DNA from: a virus
IMG/VR virus record: IMGVR_UViG_3300026487_000003
Reading direction: 5' to 3' (one strand)
Length of the DNA: 64,000 nt
The stretch's first letter is position 1; each line of letters opens with the position of its first letter. The position numbers and the translations under genes were made by a program. This document shows positions 26,339 to 34,891 of this stretch, piece after piece. A model generated the notes under the pieces. The model ran no database searches, was not told where the DNA came from, and saw only the letters and a list, made by a program, of their open reading frames with translations.

Positions 26339-26820
26339 CTGGCACCTTTCTTACACTTATTGTCTTGTGGATTGGCAGAACAAAAGCTGTCGAGCATACT
26401 TTGTTCAAGTTCTCGATCTAGCTTAATATTCTTCTCAACTACCGTGTACTCTTTAATTGTTTTTATTTCTTTGGTAGGAGGCTTGATTAGATTGTCTTGA
26501 ACTTTATCTAGTTTTGTTTTAACTTTATCAGTTACAGTTTCAAGTCTCTGCTCTACCTTACTTGGAGGTACGACTGCTTTTTGCTTAATAGTGCTAAGCT
26601 CAGTTCTTAAAGAAGAGATTTCGTTGTCTTTATAAAGCATTTGGGTATTCAAGGACTGAATTTCAGTTAACAACTTTTGGGTCTTTTCTGATTCTTGGTG
26701 CAAGAAGTACAGTAAGAGTGCGCCTGCTATAACAGACAAGGCGCCTAACCAAAGATGTAGGTCATGTTCGAAATACCAATCCTTGAATCTTTGTAAATAA
26801 CTTTGCTGTTCTTCTTCCAT
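26335..26820 (-). CDS. i-spanin-like TM plus coiled-coil protein (second copy)
   Basis: Track ORF 26335..26877, probable start MEEEQQ at 26820; TM segment LWLGALSVIAGALLLYF; coupled by ATGA to the downstream lipoprotein gene. Confidence 0.5.
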   Translation of the reverse strand: MEEEQQSYLQRFKDWYFEHDLHLWLGALSVIAGALLLYFLHQESEKTQKLLTEIQSLNTQMLYKDNEISSLRTELSTIKQKAVVPPSKVEQRLETVTDKVKTKLDKVQDNLIKPPTKEIKTIKEYTVVEKNIKLDRELEQSMLDSFCSANPQDNKCKKGAR

Positions 26821-26886
26821 AACGTATTGCCTTAAAATAGAATTAGCGCCAATTAAAATCCTGCATCCATTTAGCACAATGTCCTA

Positions 26887-27162
26887 TTACTTCTTATACA
26901 AAGCTTCCTGCTCAACCTTCCATTTACGTAGACTCTCCATACGTCCTTCAAACTGATGTAGGCAGCCTGTATTAGCTACATAACCCTCAGCTAGCGTACT
27001 CACCGTATCGCCTGCCTCAGTAGCCTTGCAGGGGCTTACAAGAAGGTTATTTGGAGGGCTGACTAACACCACTTCCTTTGTAGGCGTTGTCGAGCTGCAA
27101 CCTGAGAGAGTCAGAAAGCTCAAGGTCAGAACCATCAGACTCACATGCTTGATTTGATCCAT
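26887..27162 (-). CDS. o-spanin (outer-membrane lipoprotein), overlapped architecture
   Basis: Lipobox LSGC; the gene starts inside the i-spanin gene in another frame and extends past its end. Confidence 0.7.
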   Translation of the reverse strand: MDQIKHVSLMVLTLSFLTLSGCSSTTPTKEVVLVSPPNNLLVSPCKATEAGDTVSTLAEGYVANTGCLHQFEGRMESLRKWKVEQEALYKK

Positions 27163-27475
27163 TTGCTTTCTTCTTCAAAATGTCATTAGATGATTTGAGC
27201 TTAGCGATAGTCTTGTTAAGCTGAGTCACTTGTTCCTGAATCTCTTGTTGCTTCAAACTATCAGCCTCACTAATCCTAGCATTCCCCTCAACCGTAGCCT
27301 CTAACCGATCCTTATCAACCTCAGCTTGTTTAAGGCTCCTAGTAAGCTCGCCATTCAACGTTTCAAGACGCCCTACCTCAGCTACTTGTCCACGATAAGC
27401 GAACCACAGAGAGCCTAATAGGACGACTAGAACCACTCCTAAGATTAGCTTCCAATACTTTAGCAATGCAATCAT
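27047..27475 (-). CDS. i-spanin (Rz-like)
   Basis: N-terminal TM segment ILGVVLVVLLGSLWF followed by coiled coil; position after the holin. Confidence 0.7.
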   Translation of the reverse strand: MIALLKYWKLILGVVLVVLLGSLWFAYRGQVAEVGRLETLNGELTRSLKQAEVDKDRLEATVEGNARISEADSLKQQEIQEQVTQLNKTIAKLKSSNDILKKKANGSNQACESDGSDLELSDSLRLQLDNAYKGSGVSQPSK

Positions 27476-27783
27476 TTAGGAACCTCCCTGTCTTGATCAT
27501 ATTGCCACAAGCTCTTCTGCTTGATGAACCGTGAGAAGACACCAAGACCGTTCAAGATAAACATCAGGATTGCATAAGTCTGAGTTGTCATGGTGGGCTC
27601 AAGCATGCCAACAAAGGGAAGAATCTGTTCAATGAAGGTCAACACAACTGATCCACAGTGGAACCAAAAGCTCCAAGTGTAAAGAACAGATTTCCAATTC
27701 GGGACAATTTGTAGGTTCTTAGGCTTGATGGACTGATCAATTACCGCTTCTACTTCTGTTTTTTCAATGATCGGGTCAGACAT
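27472..27783 (-). CDS. putative holin
   Basis: 103 aa with two TM segments and a charged C-terminus; lies between the endolysin and spanin genes. Confidence 0.6.
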   Translation of the reverse strand: MSDPIIEKTEVEAVIDQSIKPKNLQIVPNWKSVLYTWSFWFHCGSVVLTFIEQILPFVGMLEPTMTTQTYAILMFILNGLGVFSRFIKQKSLWQYDQDREVPK

Positions 27784-27790
27784 ACTTCAC

Positions 27791-28219
27791 CTACGAAAGA
27801 AACAGAGCTTTCTCAGCTTCACGTCGACGAGTCAATCCAGCTAGAACTTGACCACCAGCACGATTCCACTTAGTGAACTCATTAGCCGCTCCTGCATAAT
27901 CCTTTACATTAAGCTTTTTAAGTAGCGTTGAGCTAGCTAGATTGCCACAACCAAGGTTAAATGCGAAGCTAACCAATGCGTCAAATTGATTCTGTGATAG
28001 CGGTACGCTGACTTGCTTAGTAACACAAGCTTCGAATCGACTTACATCATCACGCAGTAAATCTTCAGCTTGCTTTGCAGTGATCATCATTCCTGGCTTT
28101 ACATGAGGTCCAGTGGAACCGAAACCCACAGTCCACACTCCAACAACATCTTGATAAGCCTTCAGCTTCAACCCTTCAAAGGATTTAATAAGATCAAGAC
28201 CTGTTTGAGAAATCTTCAT
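27791..28219 (-). CDS. endolysin, GH24 lysozyme
   Basis: LIKSFEG...AYQD...WTVGFG catalytic E/D/T pattern of T4/lambda-type lysozymes. Confidence 0.85.
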   Translation of the reverse strand: MKISQTGLDLIKSFEGLKLKAYQDVVGVWTVGFGSTGPHVKPGMMITAKQAEDLLRDDVSRFEACVTKQVSVPLSQNQFDALVSFAFNLGCGNLASSTLLKKLNVKDYAGAANEFTKWNRAGGQVLAGLTRRREAEKALFLS

Positions 28220-28260
28220 AGTATTCTCCTAAAAATAGCACATCCTTGTGGCTATATAAA

Positions 28261-30279
28261 TCAACCAGTCTGAGTACCAACTACAGTTCCATCAGTTGCA
28301 GAGGTAGGTGCTCCATTTTTGATACGAAGCAAACCACCACCATCAACCCAAATACGGTAGTTACCTAGGCGAAGAGGTTCATTGAATAAACCAGTACCAG
28401 CCATTACCTCACCACCAGAGGGGTTAATGAAGAAAGGTTTCTTACCTACTCCAGCATTAATAGATTGAGCTACGAAGGCATCATTTACTGGATCATAACC
28501 CATAGCTGCACGTTTGGTTGGTGTAGCAAAATCTTCAATGAAGAAAGTGCCGTTATCGGCAGAATCACCAAAAACAGCAGTTAGATATGAAGAGTTTGCA
28601 GAAGGAGCGCCCGCACGCAACCTGCCTAGGATATCAAATTCCATACCAGCAGCTTCTTTGTTAATGGCAAATTTCTTACCGCCCGCCACGTCATATAAGA
28701 AGCTACCAATATTGTAAGTTCCCCGGTTGATTTTTGCAGAGCTGCCAGTAATAGATCCAGTGACATGAGCATTAATGGTGTTGGAACCAGTAACATTCAC
28801 ACCATAGCGGTGGTTGGTGCCTGTGGTTTGCAGGTCAAGAATAAGTTCAGTAATAGCGCCGGCAGAAGAGTCAATCAACACAGCATCGTAAAGACCTGCT
28901 TGTGCAAAGCCTGCTCCTTTAACTCGGAAGTTCGCTTTTACTTGACCTTTCTTAATGAATACACCTTCTTTCTGTGGTATATAAGCCGCGCAGTTAGTGA
29001 ATTCATTTCCAGGAGCGTCAATCCACCAACCACGGTATCCCGATCCTACTGAATAGCAGTTAACAAAGCTACTTTCACTAGAACCTGCATAAAACCCGTA
29101 ACCAGAACCGTTTAGTGGGTTAGCTGAATCAAGCGTGGTGTACCAAGCAACACAGTTGCTGAATTGACATTGTGCACCTGCCCCCACGTCTAGAATAAAC
29201 CCTAGATAGCTTTGGAAGTCCACACAGTCACTTACTGTCCAAGCTGATGCCGAACCAACATCCACGCCAGCGCCGATTTTGCCAGGAGTTAGTCCGGCAT
29301 GAACACCAGTACCGCAACCCCTTGTTTTTATATTTCTAAAACAGCCGTACTTAGGTGAGCCTGCCGTCTCAGCACCAGTGGTCAGATTTAGCTTAACGGC
29401 TGATATGCCATTATCCCAGGCGTTTACAATTTCCCATCCGTCGACTGAAGACCAATCTCCTTGGACTAGTACAGCACTTCCTGAAATAACATTACCGTTA
29501 TAAACGGTTGGAGGAGTGTAAGACTTAGTATTGGCTTTGTGATCAATATAAAATCTACCAACAGAGTTGACAGTATCTCTGAAATCTACAACAGGTTTTA
29601 CAGGGCTACTAGCATCAAAGTTAGCTTCAATAACTACACCACCTTGACTAAACCAACTTTGCTTAAGATCACAAGAGATTGTGTCTGAAGTAATGTATTT
29701 ACCCTTTGGAAAGAAAAGAGGAAACCCAGAAGTGATTGCTTTATTAAGTGCAGCAAGATCATCACTAGCACCATCACCTTTTACACCAAAATCCTTTACA
29801 CTAACCCAATCACGGGATTTAGCTAGGAGAGTTCTTGAGGTGGCTGATGAAACGTCTTGAATGAAGCCTATATTACTTGAGCCTGATACACTAGCAAGAT
29901 CAGAAATAATCTTTGAAGTGGTTGTGCTGGTCTGGCTGATGATCGACGAAACATCAATCTCTGAGGGAAGTGTAATTACAGCACTACCATCATAGATACG
30001 CTTTTGGCCTGAAGTTTTGAGCTTAAAAGTAAACCACTTGGGACAAGGCGAAGAGTAGTAAGTTCCATCTACTACAAAGTAGAATCGATTATCAGTTGTG
30101 AGGTAATATGAAGCTCCGTTAACAGGTGTTTGAGGTAGAGAGTTTACCACTCCGTCAACACCATTATCAAGCATAAATGCAAACTTTATAAAGTTCTCAT
30201 CTGCTCCGGTGTTCCACCCTGATTCGCCTAAATTCCAACCATACTTTGACTCAATGAAAGGTGATGTTTTCTGTACCAT
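28261..30279 (-). CDS. tailspike with pectate-lyase-like beta-helix (putative polysaccharide depolymerase)
   Basis: VKDFGVKGDGASDDLAALNKAI motif; Gly/Ser/Thr-rich beta-helix-like repeats; N-terminal WNLGESGWN adaptor-like region. Confidence 0.7.
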   Translation of the reverse strand: MVQKTSPFIESKYGWNLGESGWNTGADENFIKFAFMLDNGVDGVVNSLPQTPVNGASYYLTTDNRFYFVVDGTYYSSPCPKWFTFKLKTSGQKRIYDGSAVITLPSEIDVSSIISQTSTTTSKIISDLASVSGSSNIGFIQDVSSATSRTLLAKSRDWVSVKDFGVKGDGASDDLAALNKAITSGFPLFFPKGKYITSDTISCDLKQSWFSQGGVVIEANFDASSPVKPVVDFRDTVNSVGRFYIDHKANTKSYTPPTVYNGNVISGSAVLVQGDWSSVDGWEIVNAWDNGISAVKLNLTTGAETAGSPKYGCFRNIKTRGCGTGVHAGLTPGKIGAGVDVGSASAWTVSDCVDFQSYLGFILDVGAGAQCQFSNCVAWYTTLDSANPLNGSGYGFYAGSSESSFVNCYSVGSGYRGWWIDAPGNEFTNCAAYIPQKEGVFIKKGQVKANFRVKGAGFAQAGLYDAVLIDSSAGAITELILDLQTTGTNHRYGVNVTGSNTINAHVTGSITGSSAKINRGTYNIGSFLYDVAGGKKFAINKEAAGMEFDILGRLRAGAPSANSSYLTAVFGDSADNGTFFIEDFATPTKRAAMGYDPVNDAFVAQSINAGVGKKPFFINPSGGEVMAGTGLFNEPLRLGNYRIWVDGGGLLRIKNGAPTSATDGTVVGTQTG

Positions 30280-30280
30280 G

Positions 30281-31057
30281 TTAGAATCCTATTGCTAGGT
30301 AGCGATAACCTACAGTACCGGCTACCGGGGTATTACCCGCTGATGCGCCAGTTGAATAAATGGGTAAACCGGTACGAGCCAGAGTACCTGTGGTAATAAC
30401 GTAGGTTTGAGGGGACGTGTTACCAGTGTTGGTTGGGCTAGCAATTACTTGCAGGCAGGCGTTAGGGAATGCAATTGGGAATGTGATAGTGCCAGTGCCA
30501 TTTGAAGCAGTGCTACCTTCACCCCACTGTAAAATTAACCCGTTAGGTCCACCAAACCGCTGAAAACCGTTGGTACCAAGTGACCTGTTGCTTACTCCCT
30601 GGAATGATTGGCCAAGTAGTAGAGGAGTGATTAGGCTATTGTTATCGGTATAGGCCTGGGCTTGTCCGGTAGTAGCTTTAGCAGTCTTATTATCAATTTC
30701 TGTCTTGGTATAAGTGTCTACAGCAGCAGGAATAGCTTCGGTCCAATAAGTACCACTGGTATCATTTACAGGGTTCTGATTAACGCTAGTCTGAACACAC
30801 TTATAGAGCTTACCATTAGAACCTTGGGTAAAACTGGTTACTGCTTGGTATTCAGTGACTGCATCCCAAATAGCAATACCATGTTGATTGATGTGGGCCA
30901 GACCTTGATCTTGTTTATTATCAATGTAGTTGAACCATTGACGAGGAGGAATTTCAGCACTCCAACCCTGAGCAATCTTTGAATCTGAAGGTTTTAGAAT
31001 ATCACCAGCACTAGACCAAATAATATTGAGTCCGCTAGGTTTTGCGATGTCTGCCAT
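30281..31057 (-). CDS. tail fibre protein
   Basis: N-terminal PPRQWFNY...GIAIWD motif and C-terminal LILQWG...FPIAFPN motif common in short fibres. Confidence 0.65.
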   Translation of the reverse strand: MADIAKPSGLNIIWSSAGDILKPSDSKIAQGWSAEIPPRQWFNYIDNKQDQGLAHINQHGIAIWDAVTEYQAVTSFTQGSNGKLYKCVQTSVNQNPVNDTSGTYWTEAIPAAVDTYTKTEIDNKTAKATTGQAQAYTDNNSLITPLLLGQSFQGVSNRSLGTNGFQRFGGPNGLILQWGEGSTASNGTGTITFPIAFPNACLQVIASPTNTGNTSPQTYVITTGTLARTGLPIYSTGASAGNTPVAGTVGYRYLAIGF

Positions 31058-31071
31058 TTATAACTCCTAAA

Positions 31072-31872
31072 TTAAATTAACGAGGCGAATACACCGCCGT
31101 CACCTAAACCGTAATCTGATTGACCATAATTGAGACCGTAGCCCAAACCATAGCCATATGTACCACTAATCTCACCAAACCCTTTAGCGCCGGGTGAATC
31201 ATTAAATCCAAAATAGCCCTCTGAAATAAACTCACCAAACCCTAGACCAACGCCAACAGTCTTTGGAATTAGACGGGCAGGATATCCAGCAGAGTTAGAG
31301 ATATAAGTTAGAAGGACTTTTTCAAAGTTACTTAACTGTTTACCAATGTAGACATAAGCATTAGCATTTCCTGTCTCAACCAGTGCAATTTGATCTACAC
31401 TCAAGATCATCTTAACTGCTTGAATAAATTCTTCTGGCGTAGAGGAAGTGCTATTTTTATAAATCTTTGATTTGATAAAAAGTCTATAAAGATCATCATC
31501 AAGGGCGACGTTTCCGCCCATATCAGTGCCATATGAGAAGAAGTATCCACCTACTGACGGATCGTTGCTATCACCCATTGGATAGGCATTCAAAGCGCCC
31601 TGCATACCGAAGAAATCATAGAGGTCGGCAGCAATAAGCTCTCTGTCTTGACCTACGATATTACCGATGATATCTAGCTGAGCGCCTGTTGCCGTATCTA
31701 CGCTGCGAAGCTTCATCAAAGCATCAAAGATTTCTTGAGCTTCTTGAAACCCCGAGATAAGTAGTTGGAGATACTTATCAAATATAGGGGCACCGTCTAG
31801 CTTAAATTGCTCTGTTGTTCTTGTTCTTGCAATTGCGAGATAATCTTCTACGTCAAACTCATTCGTAGCCAT
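31072..31872 (-). CDS. baseplate protein (DUF2612-like)
   Basis: DTATGAQLDIIGNIVGQDR motif; position after the J-like gene. Confidence 0.6.
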   Translation of the reverse strand: MATNEFDVEDYLAIARTRTTEQFKLDGAPIFDKYLQLLISGFQEAQEIFDALMKLRSVDTATGAQLDIIGNIVGQDRELIAADLYDFFGMQGALNAYPMGDSNDPSVGGYFFSYGTDMGGNVALDDDLYRLFIKSKIYKNSTSSTPEEFIQAVKMILSVDQIALVETGNANAYVYIGKQLSNFEKVLLTYISNSAGYPARLIPKTVGVGLGFGEFISEGYFGFNDSPGAKGFGEISGTYGYGLGYGLNYGQSDYGLGDGGVFASLI

Positions 31873-31881
31873 ATTATCTCC

Positions 31882-33333
31882 TTATGATTTGGTGATTATA
31901 ATATTCGCAGTAGAAAGACTAGCGATTTGATTAAATGCAATTGTAATATTACCAGCGCCGGTAGGATTAGGTGAAGTACCAACAGTAAGACTGTTAACCT
32001 GATGGCCCGCTACATTATTGATTGGTGTGTATAGACGGCTGTAAATAATATCATCACCAATACCAAAATTATCCCTGAAATAAGAAATAAGATTGGTCTT
32101 AATAGTGTCATCACCCGATTCTGGGTAGTTACTATTTGTTGTAATATTCATACTAATGTAAATAGGAACAGGCACAGGACGTTCAAAACCAATATTATGT
32201 GCAAAACCTTGGCTATCATAAATCGTGTAGCTAGTGTTTCCATAGGATAGAATACCCATAGGTTTTCTTTTCCAAATTGTGCTAGCTACATCTGAATCTA
32301 GACCACCAAGAACAATGGGCATAAAGCTGTGTGCTGGAATACCGTTCGAGTCTGTTGAGTCAGTGTCATTCTCATAAATCTGAACTTCTTGCACGTTGCT
32401 AAGAGAGATTAGTGAAGAATAGAGGGACTCTAGGATGTTTGAAGCTCGAAGATATTTCGATTCGCGAAAGCGTTCACGAAGCTCCGTATCTGTTTCTTCA
32501 TTACTTCCGAGCGTAGCAGCTAAAGGGTTAGTCACACTATCCCAACCAAGCACAGGGGTTTGAATCTGGGTAATAGTGTTAGCTTCTTGAGCAATAGGAC
32601 CAGTGTTTACAGCCTGTACGCTACTGATATTTGAAGACTTGTTTATCCCGAGGTTGGTACTTGAAGTCCAATTGTATGAGCTTGTTTGATCAGCGACAGT
32701 GACATACAAGATATTATTGGAAATTGAGGTGTCAAGCAGTGGGTGACTGCTATTAATTACTCCTGCAATACCAGATAGAATGCTTGCTCTTGATGAGGAA
32801 GTTGGGCTGGTGTAGCTAATAGTGGTTGAGCTGCTGCTATTAGAATAAGTTAGGGTGTAGGTGGCATTGTCTGCAACTGTAGAAGGTGATACTCCCACCC
32901 CTACAGCACTATTAGCTGACAAAGTTACGCTTGTGGTGTTACGGAAATCATTAGTGCTGGTGGTTGCTCGAATAGTTTGACCAGCAGGAATAAGTGTTCC
33001 TACATCACCGGTGAAAATTGCCTGAGCAGTTGAGTAGGTTGGGTCTTCGCGAGTAAGGCCAGACAAGAATACTAAGTTATCTAAGGCAATACCTGTAGCT
33101 GAGTTTGGATTAAAGGCGTCATACACCTCTTGAGCAGCTTCCCACACGTCAGCTTCGGCAGGAGAGATAATACCAATCAATCGACCCAAAATTGAGCTAT
33201 CAGATGTATCTACAACATCTCCTGGCTGAACTAAGTCTTGAAACAGAGTTACAGCCCGTGCTCTATCACTGTTCAGAATCTCAGTCAAACGCTTTACAAC
33301 AAAACCAGTATCCAATACGCCATAGTCTGCCAT
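31882..33333 (-). CDS. baseplate J-like protein
   Basis: Size, position, and an N-terminal region typical of the gpJ / T4 gp6-like family. Confidence 0.6.
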   Translation of the reverse strand: MADYGVLDTGFVVKRLTEILNSDRARAVTLFQDLVQPGDVVDTSDSSILGRLIGIISPAEADVWEAAQEVYDAFNPNSATGIALDNLVFLSGLTREDPTYSTAQAIFTGDVGTLIPAGQTIRATTSTNDFRNTTSVTLSANSAVGVGVSPSTVADNATYTLTYSNSSSSTTISYTSPTSSSRASILSGIAGVINSSHPLLDTSISNNILYVTVADQTSSYNWTSSTNLGINKSSNISSVQAVNTGPIAQEANTITQIQTPVLGWDSVTNPLAATLGSNEETDTELRERFRESKYLRASNILESLYSSLISLSNVQEVQIYENDTDSTDSNGIPAHSFMPIVLGGLDSDVASTIWKRKPMGILSYGNTSYTIYDSQGFAHNIGFERPVPVPIYISMNITTNSNYPESGDDTIKTNLISYFRDNFGIGDDIIYSRLYTPINNVAGHQVNSLTVGTSPNPTGAGNITIAFNQIASLSTANIIITKS

Positions 33334-33348
33334 ATAAAATCTCTCTTT

Positions 33349-33711
33349 TTAGACAGAAACGGTAACTGGTTGTGATGTTCCGCTTGCTGTTTTAACTTGA
33401 AATGAACAAGAATAGCTTCTAGCTGCTGCATTAAAATTTGATGAGAACGATTTAATCTCAAGGACTCCAGCTTCTTCTAGAATCTGCTCTCTTAAAATAT
33501 TATCAACGGTAGTTTTATTAACACCTTTACGAAGAATCCTTTCAAAGTAAGGAACTCCATATGTAGTGTTGATAAACCATTCCCCCAAAAACGTTCTCAA
33601 TCTAATAGTTAGACGTTGAGCTACGACATTAGCTTGGTCTGCAACTATCATCGAGCGAATATCAGGACCATTTACGAATGTAGCATCATAGCCGTTTAAC
33701 TTAATATCCAT
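33349..33711 (-). CDS. baseplate wedge protein (gp25/W-like)
   Basis: 120 aa with a GEWF...YGVPY motif; located between the spike and J-like genes. Confidence 0.5.
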   Translation of the reverse strand: MDIKLNGYDATFVNGPDIRSMIVADQANVVAQRLTIRLRTFLGEWFINTTYGVPYFERILRKGVNKTTVDNILREQILEEAGVLEIKSFSSNFNAAARSYSCSFQVKTASGTSQPVTVSV

Positions 33712-33714
33712 AAA

Positions 33715-34416
33715 CTATCCTTTAACAGGAGGACCTGAAACAGAGGGGCCTGATTGGACACCTGAATGAACGTGGGCATCAAGGATTACACCATTGCTCA
33801 CAACCATGCCTGTGTTGATGAAAGCTCCATTGTGGGTAATATCACCTGTCCAAGTAGTCTCAGGGGCATTTACCTCAACGGCTACATCTGTATTGATTAT
33901 AAGCTTCCCAGATTCGCTCAGACGCAATTCTACCTCTACCCCACTACCTAGGTTATGGGCTACCACCAAATCGTGTGTAGAGTGGGGCCAGCGGCGTTTA
34001 GCGGGGTTGTTTGGAGCGCGTCCTACCGGGAAAACACCAGGGATTGCAACACAGTCTTTAATATCAAACATTCGATAGTCTGTAGGAGTAGACGCATAAC
34101 CATTACTACCTTTCCAGGCTGTCAGACCACGTTGACTGAATACAAGCAATACAGGATCACCAGGATTGAGCGGAAAGGTGATAGCACTAGTAGATGATGC
34201 AGGAAACACTACAGGTACATTCAGGATAGGAGGACGTTCTTGTGAGCTGCCATCATAGCCCTTGAAATTAATAGCAATCTGAACATCTACCTGCTGCCCT
34301 TGTAAGTCATTGATTGTACGAATTACAAAGCCAGGAACACAGGTATTCATCTGCTCAAGGTGATGCTCTACAGCAGATTGCAACGTCTCCTGAAGTGATA
34401 TCTCTTGATCTGCCAC
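33715..34416 (-). CDS. baseplate central spike (gpV / Gp138-N-like)
   Basis: PGFV...VDVQ N-terminal OB-like motif and C-terminal HVHSG...GP motif. GTG at 34416 lies 6 nt after AGGAGA; the track start 34455 is unlikely. Confidence 0.65.
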   Translation of the reverse strand: MADQEISLQETLQSAVEHHLEQMNTCVPGFVIRTINDLQGQQVDVQIAINFKGYDGSSQERPPILNVPVVFPASSTSAITFPLNPGDPVLLVFSQRGLTAWKGSNGYASTPTDYRMFDIKDCVAIPGVFPVGRAPNNPAKRRWPHSTHDLVVAHNLGSGVEVELRLSESGKLIINTDVAVEVNAPETTWTGDITHNGAFINTGMVVSNGVILDAHVHSGVQSGPSVSGPPVKG

Positions 34417-34445
34417 ACAGTTTCTCCTAAAGGTGTTGACAGGAG

Positions 34446-34474
34446 AGAAATTCACCTGTACAATGGTTAATACA
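34446..34474 (+). promoter_or_regulatory. near-consensus sigma70 promoter TTGACA-17-TACAAT
   Basis: TTGACA at 34446-34451, 17-nt spacer, TACAAT at 34469-34474; points away from the spike gene into leader B. Confidence 0.65.
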
Positions 34475-34480
34475 TTTTGA

Positions 34481-34891
34481 AAGTCTAACGGAAAACGACA
34501 TTCTTTCGAATCGGTGTTGGATGGGGGCTAACTGTACACAGCGTCCAGCACTTAAAGCATACTGGGAGAGCTACTAACAATGCAGTCTCTAGTCGAAAGA
34601 AGGAAGAGACGGTAGCAGCGTGTGAGAACGTATAAAAGTCCTTCAACTAAGGTAATCTCATTAAACCCTTAGCTCGGCATAGACGTACCCGTGCGATCTA
34701 TGTTAACCTTAAGTCTCAAGTGGAATGGCAGATAATCTGCTTCTCACGGGGGAGTTCTGGAATCGAGATTGACCGAAGCTTAGGTCTTAGGCTGATTAAG
34801 TTCAGTATGGCCTTTGCTTAGGAGTAATCTATCTCGAATTCTTAGAACTCAGTGGAATGATTAAATACTAAATAACTTAAGGAGAGTGATT
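34481..34891 (+). ncRNA. structured ~405-nt leader RNA, copy B of a 3-member family
   Basis: No ORF of 60 aa or more. Long-range helix 34762-34779 with 34841-34860; hairpins at 34595-34620 and 34738-34750; a 28-nt block at 34794-34821 is identical to 63721-63748 on the opposite strand. Confidence 0.6.
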
